DNA of 41,473 nucleotides from an uncultured archaeon. Lineage in GTDB: Archaea > Aenigmatarchaeota > Aenigmatarchaeia > CG10238-14 > SCSR01. The notes beneath the pieces are model-generated. The model was not told the DNA's origin and did no database searches. It saw nothing but the letters and a program-made list of their open reading frames with translations. The translations under genes and the position numbers were made by a program. Shown in pieces: positions 16,714 to 28,008 of this stretch (position 1 is its first letter; each line of letters opens with the position of its first letter). The stretch covers positions 1-41,473 of the forward strand of contig CAZMWU010000002.1 in NCBI GenBank assembly GCA_964570195.1. Direction: 5' to 3'.

Positions 16714-18906
16714 CTAAACCTCCGGTTGAGGTATATCCTCTGGCAATCCTTTTCTCTTTCTGATTGCTCTGACAGTCAACTCAAACAATTCTTTAGGCAC
16801 TCTTTCGAATGCAGTCTCTATCAAAGAGTAAAATCCTCTTCCGCTTGTGGCAGATTTCAGTGTCGCATCAAACCCGAACATCTCACTGACAGGTAATTTC
16901 GCAGTAATAACAGATGCACCCCGTTCTTCCTTCATGTCAATAATCTGCCCTCGTCTATTCTCGACTTCCCTAATAGCTTCACCGATCAGTTCTGACGGTA
17001 TGTCAATTCTGATAATCTGCTTCGGTTCCAGCATTCCTGCATTTGCCGCCAGCATAGCCTGCCTGATAGCCCATCTAACCGCTGGACGTATCTGGCCTTC
17101 GCCTCTGTGAACAGGATCCTCGTGCAATTCAGCATCCATCAGTTTCACTTTCAATTTGGTGCAAGGTTCCCTTGCCAACGGCCCATCATCCATCACATCC
17201 TTGAATGCATCCTTGATCATTTCAATAACTTCATTAAGAAACTGAATACCTTTTGTCTGATCAAGCAAAACACTTTTGTTATGCATTATAACTATGCTCT
17301 TAGCTTCATCGTAATCCATACCAAATTTTTTGAAATCTTGGAACAATGTTATATTTTTCTTTTTGATTTCACCCTCGCTCTGAAGTATCCCATCGAGCAT
17401 CGCCTGGTACACACCATCCTCCAAAGGCTCGACTATTATTTCAAATTTGTTGTGTTTGTTAGGGGACTTGCCTTCAATTTCTGGCGATTTTTCGAATATG
17501 GTCTCACGATAAACAACTATAGGCTTGGACATTTCAACATCTATACCCAAATCCCTCAGCTTGTGTTCAACCTTAATTTCAAGATGCAACTCGCCTAACC
17601 CAGAAACAAGATATTCGCCAGTTTCCTGATTGATTTTAACAATCATCGTCGGGTCTTCACGCCCCAATCTTTTTAGAGTATCAACCAACTTTGGAAGTTC
17701 CATCGGGTTCTTAGGTTCAATTGATTTGGTAACAACGGGTTCGAACATGTGCTTGATTTCTTCAAACGGCTCAATAACTTTTCCCGCGTCTGTAATAGTT
17801 TCACCTGTGAACGCATCTGGTATGCCAACAATGCCGATAACATTGCCTGCAGGAATCTCATCAACAGGTATTCTCTGTATTCCCTTGTATACGACTACTT
17901 GCTGCAATTTTTCTGTTTTGTGCATCGTCAGCAATTGCACGTCTTTGCCTTTGAAAATTTTTCCGGAGAATATCCTTCCAGTTGCAACAAAACCAACATG
18001 CGGATCTGGAACCATTTTTGTAATTATCATGGCCAGTGTTCCGTCTACATTGCATGCAAGCATATCCTTTCCAACGTCGGAATCCAAATCGCCTTTCCAT
18101 ATCTTCTCAATTCTATATTTCTGGGCGTCCACGGGATTTGGCAGATGCGTTATAATCATATCAAGAACAACTTGATGCATCGGGGCTCTCTTCGCAAGTT
18201 CATCTTCATTTTCCTGCAGAGTAAGGTCGATTATGTCCTTGAATGTCATTCCTGTCCTTTTCATGTATGGGATTGATATGGCCCATCTTTTTACCGCGCT
18301 TCCCATAGCGACCGACCCGTCCATTACATTCACTATCCATTTCTGTTTGTATTCTTCTGGCGCGTATTTCTGAATGTAAATGTTGACATCACGAATAACT
18401 TCCTCGAATCTTTTTATCATCTGTTCTGGTGTCAATTTTAATTCTCGGATGAATCTGTCCACTTTGTTGATGAATAATACAGGTTTTACATATTCCCTCA
18501 GTGCCTGCCGAAGAACTGTCTCTGTCTGAGGCATTATACCTTCAACAGGGTCTATCAATACAATTGTGCCATCGACAGCTCGCATAGCCCTGGTGACATC
18601 ACCACCAAAGTCAACGTGTCCTGGAGTATCAACCAAATTTATAAGATAGTCATGCCCTTCAAATTCATGGACCATAGAAACATTTGCCCCATAAACAGTC
18701 AGCTCTCTTTTTCGTTCTTCAGGGTCGAACCATGTGACCATAGCCTTTCCTGCCATTTCTTCAGCAATCATCCCGGCCCCCGCCATAAGATTGTCGGTAA
18801 GCGTTGTTTTTCCATGATGGACATGACTGGAAGTGGCGATATTGCGGATCCGTGTCGGTTCTTTCATAACCTCTACAATTCGTTCAGTCATTTCTTTTTT
18901 TGCCAT
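16714..18906 (-). CDS. fusA: Translation elongation factor aEF-2
   Basis: [17 protein letters not shown] and NKVD motifs, plus the diphthamide-loop [12 protein letters not shown]. 730 aa. Confidence 0.97.
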   Translation of the reverse strand: MAKKEMTERIVEVMKEPTRIRNIATSSHVHHGKTTLTDNLMAGAGMIAEEMAGKAMVTWFDPEERKRELTVYGANVSMVHEFEGHDYLINLVDTPGHVDFGGDVTRAMRAVDGTIVLIDPVEGIMPQTETVLRQALREYVKPVLFINKVDRFIRELKLTPEQMIKRFEEVIRDVNIYIQKYAPEEYKQKWIVNVMDGSVAMGSAVKRWAISIPYMKRTGMTFKDIIDLTLQENEDELAKRAPMHQVVLDMIITHLPNPVDAQKYRIEKIWKGDLDSDVGKDMLACNVDGTLAMIITKMVPDPHVGFVATGRIFSGKIFKGKDVQLLTMHKTEKLQQVVVYKGIQRIPVDEIPAGNVIGIVGIPDAFTGETITDAGKVIEPFEEIKHMFEPVVTKSIEPKNPMELPKLVDTLKRLGREDPTMIVKINQETGEYLVSGLGELHLEIKVEHKLRDLGIDVEMSKPIVVYRETIFEKSPEIEGKSPNKHNKFEIIVEPLEDGVYQAMLDGILQSEGEIKKKNITLFQDFKKFGMDYDEAKSIVIMHNKSVLLDQTKGIQFLNEVIEMIKDAFKDVMDDGPLAREPCTKLKVKLMDAELHEDPVHRGEGQIRPAVRWAIRQAMLAANAGMLEPKQIIRIDIPSELIGEAIREVENRRGQIIDMKEERGASVITAKLPVSEMFGFDATLKSATSGRGFYSLIETAFERVPKELFELTVRAIRKRKGLPEDIPQPEV

Positions 18907-18991
18907 ATGATCTTCCTTAATTTACACAATGATTTGTATTCGAAAATTTATAAAATGAAAGTTCATTATAAACCAACCAATTATATGAATA

Positions 18992-19594
18992 TTACCTTGC
19001 GCCCTCGGCTTCCTTCTCTACCCTTTCCTTTTCCTTGATGGCCTCACTCTTAGATCCATCTTTATTGTAAGTCGCAATTAACTCGTCTACAAGTGCGTCA
19101 ACTATATTTAATTTTTTCCCAAAGGCTTTCTTGTAAGTCGCTTGTGTTATGCATCTCAGGGCAGAATCGATTCTTCTTTGCGGAGACGTTATTACAGCTC
19201 GCCTGACAATTATGCCACCAACCTGATAACCAGCAATTTCTTCCCTCAGTGCTGCATTCTCCAGCGCCCTAACAAGAATTTCTACTGGATTCTTTTTGGT
19301 TCTTTCATAAATTTTATCAAAGGCTTTCTGCACAATGGTATATGTTGTTATATACCGTCCCACAATCTTTCCAGATGTCAGAAAATGTTTCCTGCTTTTA
19401 TGTCCCGGTACCATCATTTTATTTATCAGTCTCTCAACGATACTCATCTTAGATTTATAGAATTGATGCTTAGAAAATCTGCCGGAGCTTTTTGGAAATG
19501 CGTAAGGAGTTAGATTTATGTGAGCCCTTAGTCCCAAATCAGCGACAGTTATTTCGCTGACATCCCATTTATTGAAAATCTTTATGTCTCCCAT
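18992..19594 (-). CDS. rps7: 30S ribosomal protein S7 (uS7)
   Basis: 200 aa. Position between S12 and EF-2, with conserved LINKMM..G.K and ALENAAP/REE-like blocks. Confidence 0.9.
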   Translation of the reverse strand: MGDIKIFNKWDVSEITVADLGLRAHINLTPYAFPKSSGRFSKHQFYKSKMSIVERLINKMMVPGHKSRKHFLTSGKIVGRYITTYTIVQKAFDKIYERTKKNPVEILVRALENAALREEIAGYQVGGIIVRRAVITSPQRRIDSALRCITQATYKKAFGKKLNIVDALVDELIATYNKDGSKSEAIKEKERVEKEAEGAR

Positions 19595-19598
19595 TTGA

Positions 19599-20021
19599 TT
19601 ACCTCGTAGGTTTTTGCTTTCTGCCGCTTAAAATCTCTTCCAAGTCAACGCCATTAACAGCGATAACTTTGTATTTTAATCCCCACATGCTACCTACAGA
19701 ACCACCTTGTGATCCACCAACACCAGCTATGGTTACTTCATCATGTTCATTTATCTGGTCAATAGCCTTGTTGCCAGGGACAAATGCAGTGACTTGTATA
19801 TTGTTTTTAATTAACTGAACTCTAACCGCTTTAACTAACCCAGAAGAAGGCTGTTTTTGTTCAATAGTTCGTTTACTTATAACAAGTCCGCGTGCCTGCG
19901 GAGCGCCGCCAAGAGGTTCGTCTTTCCATAGTTTCTTCGTTTTTCTTGTATAAGTGATATCTTTCCATCTGAATTTTTTCCTAGTTTTCTTCAATTTCCT
20001 TCCTGCGAATTCTCCTGGCAT
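19599..20021 (-). CDS. rps12: 30S ribosomal protein S12 (uS12)
   Basis: 140 aa. Has [22 protein letters not shown] and FVPG blocks. Conserved position. Confidence 0.93.
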   Translation of the reverse strand: MPGEFAGRKLKKTRKKFRWKDITYTRKTKKLWKDEPLGGAPQARGLVISKRTIEQKQPSSGLVKAVRVQLIKNNIQVTAFVPGNKAIDQINEHDEVTIAGVGGSQGGSVGSMWGLKYKVIAVNGVDLEEILSGRKQKPTR

Positions 20022-20025
20022 ATAT

Positions 20026-20448
20026 TCACCTTATTATTAGTTCATTTATAGCATGGTTTCTATGCAACAACTCTTTATAAACTTTTAAATTTTTTCCATC
20101 TCTTCCGATTACTATAGCTTTGTCCTTCTTGCTGACCCAGACCTCAGCCACATTCATTCCATTTTCAGTTTTCAATTTTACAGAATTTATCTGTGAAATG
20201 AGATTTTTCACAAATTTTTCTATATTGTCAGAGAATTCAAACACCTTTACGTTCTTCTTAATAAGATTTTCTATGTTTCTTATACTGCTGCCATTCTTAC
20301 CTATAGCCTTTCCAATCTTCCCTTCTTCTATTACAAAATATACAATGCCGTTTTCTGTGTCGGCTATACAATCTCTAACACCGGCTCCGGTCAAATTCTC
20401 AAATAGAGTTATCAATCTTATTGTTTCTGTATCTAGTACTACTGGCAT
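20026..20448 (-). CDS. nusA: Archaeal NusA-like protein (two KH domains)
   Basis: Two GxxG KH motifs ([11 protein letters not shown] and [10 protein letters not shown]). 140 aa. Conserved position between rpl30e and rps12. Confidence 0.85.
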   Translation of the reverse strand: MPVVLDTETIRLITLFENLTGAGVRDCIADTENGIVYFVIEEGKIGKAIGKNGSSIRNIENLIKKNVKVFEFSDNIEKFVKNLISQINSVKLKTENGMNVAEVWVSKKDKAIVIGRDGKNLKVYKELLHRNHAINELIIR

Positions 20449-20452
20449 AGAA

Positions 20453-20713
20453 TCATTTGATTATTATTGTCGTCACAGGAAAGGGTTTACCGCAAACAAC
20501 TCCTAATTCTCTGCTGGTCCCATCGAACACTTCAAACTTCGCCCTCGAAACTTTTGAATTATGTTCAAGTTCTTGTCTTATACTTAATGGTAAATTATTG
20601 GCCACAATAACTACTTTAGGGGTATTCGTTTTTATATAAGTTAGTGACTCATTGTATCCGATAATGGTTTTATTTGCTTTAATCGCTGATTGTATGTCAT
20701 CCGTTAATGTCAT
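20453..20713 (-). CDS. rpl30e: 50S ribosomal protein L30e (eL30)
   Basis: 86 aa with an L7Ae/L30e-like pattern (IIGYNESL..IK....KVVIVANN.P). Conserved position after rpoA''. Confidence 0.8.
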   Translation of the reverse strand: MTLTDDIQSAIKANKTIIGYNESLTYIKTNTPKVVIVANNLPLSIRQELEHNSKVSRAKFEVFDGTSRELGVVCGKPFPVTTIIIK

Positions 20714-20768
20714 TTTATCTACTCAAGTTAATCGTCAAAAGGATTTAAATAGTCAATCATATTCAAGT

Positions 20769-21884
20769 TTACTTTTCTGGCCTAACAATTAGCTCAAACA
20801 TTCCAGTACCAGCAGGTACAACTTGTCCTATCATAACATTTTCGAAAATGCCTTGCAAGTTATCAACCTCATTCCTTATAGATGCGCGTACGAGGTGCTT
20901 TATCGTCTCTTCAAATGCCGCTCTTGACAAAATCGATGTCTTAGCCCCGGCGACGCCGTACCTTCCAATCGAATTCACCTCTCCGCCAAATGTCATCATA
21001 TCAGCCACCAGCATTACATAACGGGCATCAATGTCTAAAGCCTGCTCCTGCATTGTTTTCAATGCCTCTCTGATAATCACGTCTCTTGCCGCCTCTATCC
21101 CAAATACAGAAACAGTTTCGTGTATGTTGTTTGTGTAAGTTCTCCTTTCATCAACTTCTTTGACGGTCAAAGTGTCCTTCAAGTTCGTACCTATGGTGTT
21201 TATTATCCAATCCTCTCCCTCCTTTCTAACTATGGCATTCTTCACTCCTTTAACCCCGCCAATCTGAAGATTAAGAATCTTTTCTTTTATTTTTTGCAGT
21301 TCCTTGACATCTTCCGTTTTAGCTATAGCAACAATTTTGTCGGCTTTAGTTTTGGTGTTTACATTTTTCAAAGTCTCTCTAATAGTTTTAGAAATTGCTT
21401 CAACTCTCCTTCCATCCGTCACTTCAATTTCGATTGAGTTCTCATTCAAATTCAAAGAAACTTTTTTTGCCAGATTCACCACTTTCTTTTCAACTAAATT
21501 TTCTGCCAGTTTTGCCGTTTCAGTTGCATTGTTGAATTCTTTTTTCAGATAGATTGTCATCATTGGAGTTTCTGGTTCTTTCTTCGCATCAAAAATTTCT
21601 ATCAGTCTTGGTAGGCCATATGTAACTCTTATGCCAGCTGTTCCAGCAAAATGATATGTTCGCATTGTCATTTGCGTCGAAGGTTCTGATATGCTCTGCG
21701 CAGCAATAATCCCAATGCTTTCACCAGGCTCAAATTTCCCTGCCAAATAGGTTTTTTTGATGTGCTCTATTAATTTTTCCTTCTTCTCCTTGCTCAACCT
21801 CATTTCTTTACCGACTTCTTCTATCTCATCGATAATCTTTTTAGGCAATTCTATTTCATAGTTTGTTTGCAATTGTTCTGACAT
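20769..21884 (-). CDS. rpoA2: DNA-directed RNA polymerase subunit A''
   Basis: PGESIGIIAAQSISEP.TQMTMRTYHFAG and a C-terminal GQ..P.GTG. 371 aa. Confidence 0.95.
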   Translation of the reverse strand: MSEQLQTNYEIELPKKIIDEIEEVGKEMRLSKEKKEKLIEHIKKTYLAGKFEPGESIGIIAAQSISEPSTQMTMRTYHFAGTAGIRVTYGLPRLIEIFDAKKEPETPMMTIYLKKEFNNATETAKLAENLVEKKVVNLAKKVSLNLNENSIEIEVTDGRRVEAISKTIRETLKNVNTKTKADKIVAIAKTEDVKELQKIKEKILNLQIGGVKGVKNAIVRKEGEDWIINTIGTNLKDTLTVKEVDERRTYTNNIHETVSVFGIEAARDVIIREALKTMQEQALDIDARYVMLVADMMTFGGEVNSIGRYGVAGAKTSILSRAAFEETIKHLVRASIRNEVDNLQGIFENVMIGQVVPAGTGMFELIVRPEK

Positions 21885-24339
21885 CTACACCAACCTTTTC
21901 GATTTTTGAAGGATCTAACCCGTCTTCACCGGGCAAAAACTGTATAATTCTATTTGCACTATCTCTGACAGTCCCGTCATATTCAATCTTCAAATCCTGT
22001 AATGCACCGACCAGTCTTCTTTCCATATAACCGCTATGCCTAGTCTTTAATGATTTGTCCATCAAAGACTCTCTGCTATTGATCGCATCGAAGAAAAATT
22101 CAAACGGTGTCACACCATCTTTAAACCCTCTGCTTACAAATCCTGTAGCTTCCAAGCTCACAGTCCCTTTTTTGAAATGAGGAAATGTTCTTTGGTAATA
22201 ACCTCTCTCTATCCTCTCACCCATTACCATTTCCTGTCCGACCATAGCTGCTGTCTGAACCATATTTACCAACGATCCTCTTGCACCGCTTTTAACCATG
22301 GCTAGAGTTGGGTTGTCTTTGATATGCCTTTCTAGAACTTTCTGCACATCATTCAAACCGTTTCTCAAAACAGTCTTTACCATGTGATTTAAACTTTCTT
22401 TCGGAGATCTCCCGACTAAAAGTTTCAGCTCACCCCTTTCATATTGCCTGTTCATTTCGTCTACATCTTTTCTGATCTTTTCAATAACTTCTTTTATTTC
22501 TTTTCTTGCCATGTCAGGCAAATCCTGATCGGATATGCTTATTGAAAATCCGTCTTTCATCAGAAATTCTATAGCGAGTCTTGTAATTTTATAAATGAAA
22601 TTTTTGGTGAATTCACCACCGTACGTTTTTTCGATTTTATCAATTAGTTTTCCGGTTTCTGCCCCCACAGCTACCTTGTCAATAACACCCTTTATCATTT
22701 TACCTTTCTCTATAACAACTGTCTCGCCTGAATTTGATTTGAATTCAATTGTAAGGTCCTTAGGTAAGAATAAACTGAATAGATCCTTTCCGCTTAAACT
22801 TTCCTTGTCAGGTAGCTCCACATTGTAATCAACAGCTCTAACTAATTGCGTGAATTCTTTTTTCGACAATCGCGTCTCGTCCTTGGTCAGAAGATACAAA
22901 CCTGTTATATGATCACGAATAGCGCCTATTACAGGTCCCGAAAATCTCGGACTTCTAATATTTTTTGGCACCATCATCAAATTTTCCGTTTCGACTTTCG
23001 CTTCTTCTGTCTGCGGGACATGAAGGTTCATTTCATCTCCGTCAAAATCCGCATTATACGGTGTAGTAACGCTAAGGTTCAGTCTAAATGTTCTAAACGG
23101 CATAACCCTAACCCTGTGACCCATTAAACTCATTCTATGCAGGCTTGGTTGTCTGTTGAATAGGACAATATCATTGTTTTGCAAATGCCTTTCTACAATG
23201 TATCCAGGAACAATCTCATTGGTAATCTCTTCCTTATTGAGTTCAGTAATTTTCTTTCTTCTTCCATCAGGTCTTATTACATAGTTGGCGCCTGGCCAGA
23301 TCTCAGAGCCATTGAGGACAAGTTTCTTTACGTTTTCTATGTTAGATTCGTTAACTCTAACAGGGACTGTAAGCTCTTTTGCGATAACTTCGGGCACACC
23401 AACTTCATCCAAATCAATCTTAGGATCCGGAGATATCACAGTTCTTGCGGAAAAATTCACCCTTTTACCTGCCAAGTTCCCTCTAAATCTGCCTTCTTTC
23501 GTCTTCAGCCTCTGCGACAATGTTTTCAGAATTCTTCCTGACCTGTGTCTTGCAGGCGGCACCCCTGATAGCTCATTGTCGAAATAAGTTGAGATGTGGT
23601 ATTGCAATAACTCCCACAAATCCTCGATTATAAAATCTGGTGCGCCAAGATCTATGTTTTCTTTCAAGCGGTCGTTAATTCTTACTATATCAACAAGCTT
23701 ATGCGTCAAGTCATCCTCGCTTCTCTCACCTGTTTCTAATGTTATTGACGGCCTCACAGTTACAGGCGGTACTGGGAGCAATGTCAAAATGAGCCATTCG
23801 GCTCTTGCCTTCAAGCCAATCAGATTCAAGTCTTCCTCTGAGATTTTTTCAAATCGTTCTCTAACTACTGATGCAGTCAATGTCTCGGCGCCTTCGACAA
23901 AGGTGTACGGTTTGATAAGTTTTAATTTTTTCTGTTCTGCATTGCAGTAGGGGCATTTCTTTTTAGATAAAGTCACAAATTCTTTGAAGCTGAGTTTTTT
24001 CCCTTTTATTTTTTCCATATCCTTTGGATCAACTAGGATTCTACTACATTTCCTACAAAACATTTTGATAAATGCAAAAATGATTTTTGAATAGTGAACA
24101 TGTATAACAGGTCGCGTTAATTCCAAATATCCAAAATGCCCGTGACATTCACCAACATTTCCTCCACAAGTTCTACATCTTACTCCAGGATCTATGACAC
24201 CGAGCCTAGGATCCATAAGACCCCCTTCAATCGGGTAGCCTTCCTGATCATAAAGTTCAGTTTTTGTTATCTTCGCAGCCGCAATGCTCTTTACCATATC
24301 CGGCGGCACTATCCCAAACTCTATTCTTTCAACTTTCAT
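21856..24339 (-). CDS. rpoA1: DNA-directed RNA polymerase subunit A'
   Basis: Zn-binding CRTCGG...CHGHFG, the catalytic YNADFDGDEMNLHVPQ, and NRQPSLHRMS. Confidence 0.97.
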   Translation of the reverse strand: MKVERIEFGIVPPDMVKSIAAAKITKTELYDQEGYPIEGGLMDPRLGVIDPGVRCRTCGGNVGECHGHFGYLELTRPVIHVHYSKIIFAFIKMFCRKCSRILVDPKDMEKIKGKKLSFKEFVTLSKKKCPYCNAEQKKLKLIKPYTFVEGAETLTASVVRERFEKISEEDLNLIGLKARAEWLILTLLPVPPVTVRPSITLETGERSEDDLTHKLVDIVRINDRLKENIDLGAPDFIIEDLWELLQYHISTYFDNELSGVPPARHRSGRILKTLSQRLKTKEGRFRGNLAGKRVNFSARTVISPDPKIDLDEVGVPEVIAKELTVPVRVNESNIENVKKLVLNGSEIWPGANYVIRPDGRRKKITELNKEEITNEIVPGYIVERHLQNNDIVLFNRQPSLHRMSLMGHRVRVMPFRTFRLNLSVTTPYNADFDGDEMNLHVPQTEEAKVETENLMMVPKNIRSPRFSGPVIGAIRDHITGLYLLTKDETRLSKKEFTQLVRAVDYNVELPDKESLSGKDLFSLFLPKDLTIEFKSNSGETVVIEKGKMIKGVIDKVAVGAETGKLIDKIEKTYGGEFTKNFIYKITRLAIEFLMKDGFSISISDQDLPDMARKEIKEVIEKIRKDVDEMNRQYERGELKLLVGRSPKESLNHMVKTVLRNGLNDVQKVLERHIKDNPTLAMVKSGARGSLVNMVQTAAMVGQEMVMGERIERGYYQRTFPHFKKGTVSLEATGFVSRGFKDGVTPFEFFFDAINSRESLMDKSLKTRHSGYMERRLVGALQDLKIEYDGTVRDSANRIIQFLPGEDGLDPSKIEKVGVDVRTIANKL

Positions 24340-26141
24340 TCTTCTCCCACCACAACTTTTGGATATATCAGCATGCTTTTCAACTCATCCAACATAAGTT
24401 TGAACGCATAGCTCATCTGAACATCATTTATTTTTGATTCTCCGTCGATCGGGCATATTTTTTTGTTTTTTGTTTTATCCTGTATCGCGACAAGTCCACA
24501 TATAGAGCATATAGACACTGTAGTTTTATCAGAATCGAATCTCTCTTTCAAGACTAGAGATGCCCCATGCGCAATCAGACAATCCTTCTCCATTTCACCA
24601 AGCCTAAGCCCACCTTCTTTGCTCCTGCCTTCTGTCGGTTGTTTTGTCAATAATGTGACAGGTCCGCGAGATCTCGCATGTATCTTGTTTGAGACTAGGT
24701 GATCAAGCTTTTGGTAAAACGCAGAGCCGATGAAAATCTGGCTCTCGAATTTCTTCCCAGTCCTCCCATCATGCATAATTTCTTTACCGTCATTTCTGAA
24801 ACCGTTCTTTACAAGCGTCTCACGCAACTCCTTTTCTGGGACCGGGTTGAATGCAGATGATGTAACATAATTGCCTGTAATTGCGGCAACTTTTCCCGCT
24901 ATAATTTCCAACAGCTGCCCCATAGTCATTCTCGACGGAATACCATGAGGATTGAATATTATATCCGGCACAATGCCACTCTCTGTGAATGGCATATCTT
25001 CCGGCGGTACTATCAGAGCTATAACACCTTTCTGACCGTGCCTTGATGCAAGTTTATCGCCAATTTCAGGGGTTTTCAAATCTCTGACAACGACTTTTAT
25101 TAATTTCGTACCGTCAGTAGTGTCTGTAACAAAAATCCTGTCAGCTATTCCCTGATCACCATGTCGCAATCTTATTGAAGTCTCACGTATATTTTCCAAT
25201 CCTGTAACAAACCTATCCATCGTCCCTAGGAATCTCAATGGAGATACGCGACCAATTATTACTTTATCAGACTCCAGAGTTGTCTCTGGGGAAGACATCC
25301 CATCCTCATCCAAGTGTTTATACGCATCTTCACCGGCGTATCCTCTTACACCTGCTTCTGGCACATCAATCAAATCCTCTTGACCGCCCAGATATCTTTT
25401 TTGCTCAGCTTCGTAGGATCTGTACATGTAAGACCAGAAAAGTCCTTTCTGCAAAGAACCCGCATTAATCACTATGCTGTCTTCCATGTTATAGCCGTCA
25501 AATGATGCGACTGCAATGATTACATTATTTCCATTCGGATGGTTGTTATACGGGATAACGGAATATGCGTATGTCTGAGTTAATGGCATGTTAGGATAAA
25601 TCATAACGTTAGACTTTGTATCTGTTCTTGATAAAAAGTTTGTTGCAAAAATACCTATCGACTGCCCGACCATTTTTGCGCCATAGTTTACTCTGTCGCC
25701 TCTGTTGAATTCTGGGTAAGGTATAAATGACGCCGATAGACCCAAGATAACAGAAGGATCAAATTCGAGATGGGTATGTTCAGGCGTCAGTTCCTTTTCA
25801 GTCAATGCAATATAAGTGTTTTCCTCCTCCTCACTATCGAGAAATTCCACAATCCCAGTTTTTGTCAAATCCATCCAACCAATTTCCCTCTTTTTCAATT
25901 TCTCCACATGTTCATCCGTCAGTTTCGGCACACCATTTTCAACAATGATTAACGGTCTTCTGACTCTTCCCGAGTCGGAAAGTATCCTAACCTCATCCAA
26001 ATGCTGATGATAGGCTACATTTATTTGATAAGGTATGATTCCGTTTCTTCTTTTGGAACGGATTTCATTCACGAGCTTCTGCGGATCAGAAGCATTCCCT
26101 GCAAACTTGCCATCAAAAAATATAGACACCATAATAATCAC
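24336..26141 (-). CDS. rpoB1: DNA-directed RNA polymerase subunit B' (C-terminal part of split RpoB)
   Basis: GDKLASRHGQKG, MPFTESGIVPDIIFNPHG.PSRMT and GGLRLGEME, plus a C-terminal Zn ribbon C.ICG...C. Its start overlaps the B'' stop. Confidence 0.96.
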   Translation of the reverse strand: MIIMVSIFFDGKFAGNASDPQKLVNEIRSKRRNGIIPYQINVAYHQHLDEVRILSDSGRVRRPLIIVENGVPKLTDEHVEKLKKREIGWMDLTKTGIVEFLDSEEEENTYIALTEKELTPEHTHLEFDPSVILGLSASFIPYPEFNRGDRVNYGAKMVGQSIGIFATNFLSRTDTKSNVMIYPNMPLTQTYAYSVIPYNNHPNGNNVIIAVASFDGYNMEDSIVINAGSLQKGLFWSYMYRSYEAEQKRYLGGQEDLIDVPEAGVRGYAGEDAYKHLDEDGMSSPETTLESDKVIIGRVSPLRFLGTMDRFVTGLENIRETSIRLRHGDQGIADRIFVTDTTDGTKLIKVVVRDLKTPEIGDKLASRHGQKGVIALIVPPEDMPFTESGIVPDIIFNPHGIPSRMTMGQLLEIIAGKVAAITGNYVTSSAFNPVPEKELRETLVKNGFRNDGKEIMHDGRTGKKFESQIFIGSAFYQKLDHLVSNKIHARSRGPVTLLTKQPTEGRSKEGGLRLGEMEKDCLIAHGASLVLKERFDSDKTTVSICSICGLVAIQDKTKNKKICPIDGESKINDVQMSYAFKLMLDELKSMLIYPKVVVGEE

Positions 26142-27613
26142 TTTTTAAGTAGATCCATCACAGGTTTCAATTCTTTTTCCTGCATACTGCGCGTGACTTC
26201 AGCCATTATTGCAAGATATTTTCTCAATCCAATTGTTGCACCTTCGGGTGTTTCACTAGTGCACAGCTTGCCGAAGTGCGTAGGATGTAATTCTCGCGCT
26301 TCAAAATGTTCTTGCGTTGATGTTAACGGTGAAAGGACGTTTCTCATATGTGAAATAGTTTTTATGAAGCTGCCCCTCTCAAGCCTCTGGCTAACGCCAG
26401 TTCTCCCGCCAACCCACGATCCGATTGCCAAAGCCGAAATCAACTGGTTGCTCAATACATTCGATTCAATAATTGACTGTAAAGGAGGCAGTCTTCCTCT
26501 TTTCGTCAGCTTCTGGTAATTGTATGTCACTCTTGTTATCAATCCCCATTTGCCGAGAAGAATCGATCGCAACAATATCTCTAACAAATCCCCTGAGAGT
26601 CTAAGTCTTTTGTTTGAATAATGATCCAAATCATCTTCTTCAATTTTGTCCAAGTGTAGTTTGATTATTTTTTCTATCGCCTTTGCAAGAAACATGGCCT
26701 TAGAAAGCCTGCCATTCGGTTCTTGTCCAAGATGCGGTAGCAGATACCTGTCCACAATTTTAATAGCGCGGTCCATCCTGTATTCTTTCTGGGGTATTTT
26801 CAAATGTTTTCCTATCTCGTCTAGGCCCTCATCTTTATTTACAGCGTTAGTTTCGTATAGGTTTATGTAAAACTCCTCCTGTACCGCTTCGTCCTGCGAC
26901 ACTGTGGTAATGATATCTTTGTCCGTTTCTAATCCCAGCGCCTTCAACAATATCCCGACAGGTAACCGGGTGATGTTAGCAAAGCTTATGGTTATCGTCC
27001 CGTCTATCTTTCTTTCAATCAAGTGCCTTTGGACATATCCATCTTTTTCAGAGTGTATTCTTGTTATTTCGGTAATATTTCCCGCCCCAACTTTTGTTGC
27101 AATAATTCTATTGGGAGCAATTTCTTCGACCAGCACCAAAATCCTCTCAGTCCCATTAACAATGAAATACCCACCAGGATCATCAGGATCCTCACCAGCT
27201 TCAATCAGTTGTTGTCTTGACATTTGCGCTAGCGGGCAAATTTTTGATTTGACCATTACTGGCATATCACCAAAATTGACAACAACCGGCTCACCTTCCT
27301 GTTTGTTTATTACAGGAGTTATTTCAACATACATAGGTGCGGAGTAAGTAAGATTTCTTATTCTTGCCTCGGAAGGCTTGATAGGTCTTATGCTACCATC
27401 AGCTTCTTTGACTATAGGTTCACCGATTTTAAAGTCGCCAAGCTTTAATTTTATATCGCCAAGATCAGGAACATCCGGTTTTATTACACCTATCTCGCTA
27501 AGAACCTTTGGTATCCTTCGCGTAATAAAGTCATTATAAGATTCTATTTGAAACTTTACAAACCCGTGTTCATTAATAAAACTTTCCAGTATTGTGGCAA
27601 ATCTATTATTCAT
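26138..27613 (-). CDS. rpoB2: DNA-directed RNA polymerase subunit B'' (N-terminal part of split RpoB)
   Basis: N-terminal Rpb2-like blocks (QIESYNDFI, PSEARIRNLTY, GGYFIVNGTER) ending in the fork region. 491 aa. Confidence 0.95.
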   Translation of the reverse strand: MNNRFATILESFINEHGFVKFQIESYNDFITRRIPKVLSEIGVIKPDVPDLGDIKLKLGDFKIGEPIVKEADGSIRPIKPSEARIRNLTYSAPMYVEITPVINKQEGEPVVVNFGDMPVMVKSKICPLAQMSRQQLIEAGEDPDDPGGYFIVNGTERILVLVEEIAPNRIIATKVGAGNITEITRIHSEKDGYVQRHLIERKIDGTITISFANITRLPVGILLKALGLETDKDIITTVSQDEAVQEEFYINLYETNAVNKDEGLDEIGKHLKIPQKEYRMDRAIKIVDRYLLPHLGQEPNGRLSKAMFLAKAIEKIIKLHLDKIEEDDLDHYSNKRLRLSGDLLEILLRSILLGKWGLITRVTYNYQKLTKRGRLPPLQSIIESNVLSNQLISALAIGSWVGGRTGVSQRLERGSFIKTISHMRNVLSPLTSTQEHFEARELHPTHFGKLCTSETPEGATIGLRKYLAIMAEVTRSMQEKELKPVMDLLKK

Positions 27614-27615
27614 TT

Positions 27616-27891
27616 TTACCCCTTCACAACAACTCTATAGTACAAAGATTCACCAATGGTAGGTGACTCTCGAACAATTTTCACAATATCACCAATTTGT
27701 CCACCCAAATTCTGGATTACAGGATCGTTCACAAATATTCTAGGCAATTGTCTAAGTACGATTTTGTACTTATTCATCAACTCCCGTTTCTCGTTATCAG
27801 TCAATAAAACATGCTTCGGTACTAAATCGTTTTTGGTTATATCTATTTCTTTCGTGCTCACACCCCGATAATGTCGGCTGGTCGGATGCAC
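27616..27891 (-). CDS. rpoH: DNA-directed RNA polymerase subunit H (Rpb5-like)
   Basis: LVPKHVLLTD.E...L...Y.I...QLPRI...DPV....G...GD.VKI.R.S.T.G....YR.VV. The exact start is uncertain. Confidence 0.9.
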   Translation of the reverse strand: MHPTSRHYRGVSTKEIDITKNDLVPKHVLLTDNEKRELMNKYKIVLRQLPRIFVNDPVIQNLGGQIGDIVKIVRESPTIGESLYYRVVVKG

Positions 27892-28008
27892 ATATTCATG
27901 TGAAGAACAGCAATTCGTCTCTCAATCAAAATGTTATCCCCACTAGGCCGATTGGATATCGTATATATGATATTTGTAGGTTTTTAAATTTATCGGTTGC
28001 ATAATAAG

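Noticed and set aside
15388-27871. Many long plus-strand ORFs lie inside the tuf / fusA / rps / rpo block. Examples are 15462-16346 (294 aa), 17107-17598, 17630-18175, 17749-18276, 26001-26519 and 26904-27347.
   Set aside because: They are antisense shadows of strongly conserved minus-strand genes. Their translations are low-complexity (Ser/Phe/Ile/Leu-rich) with no motifs. The conserved genes account fully for the DNA.
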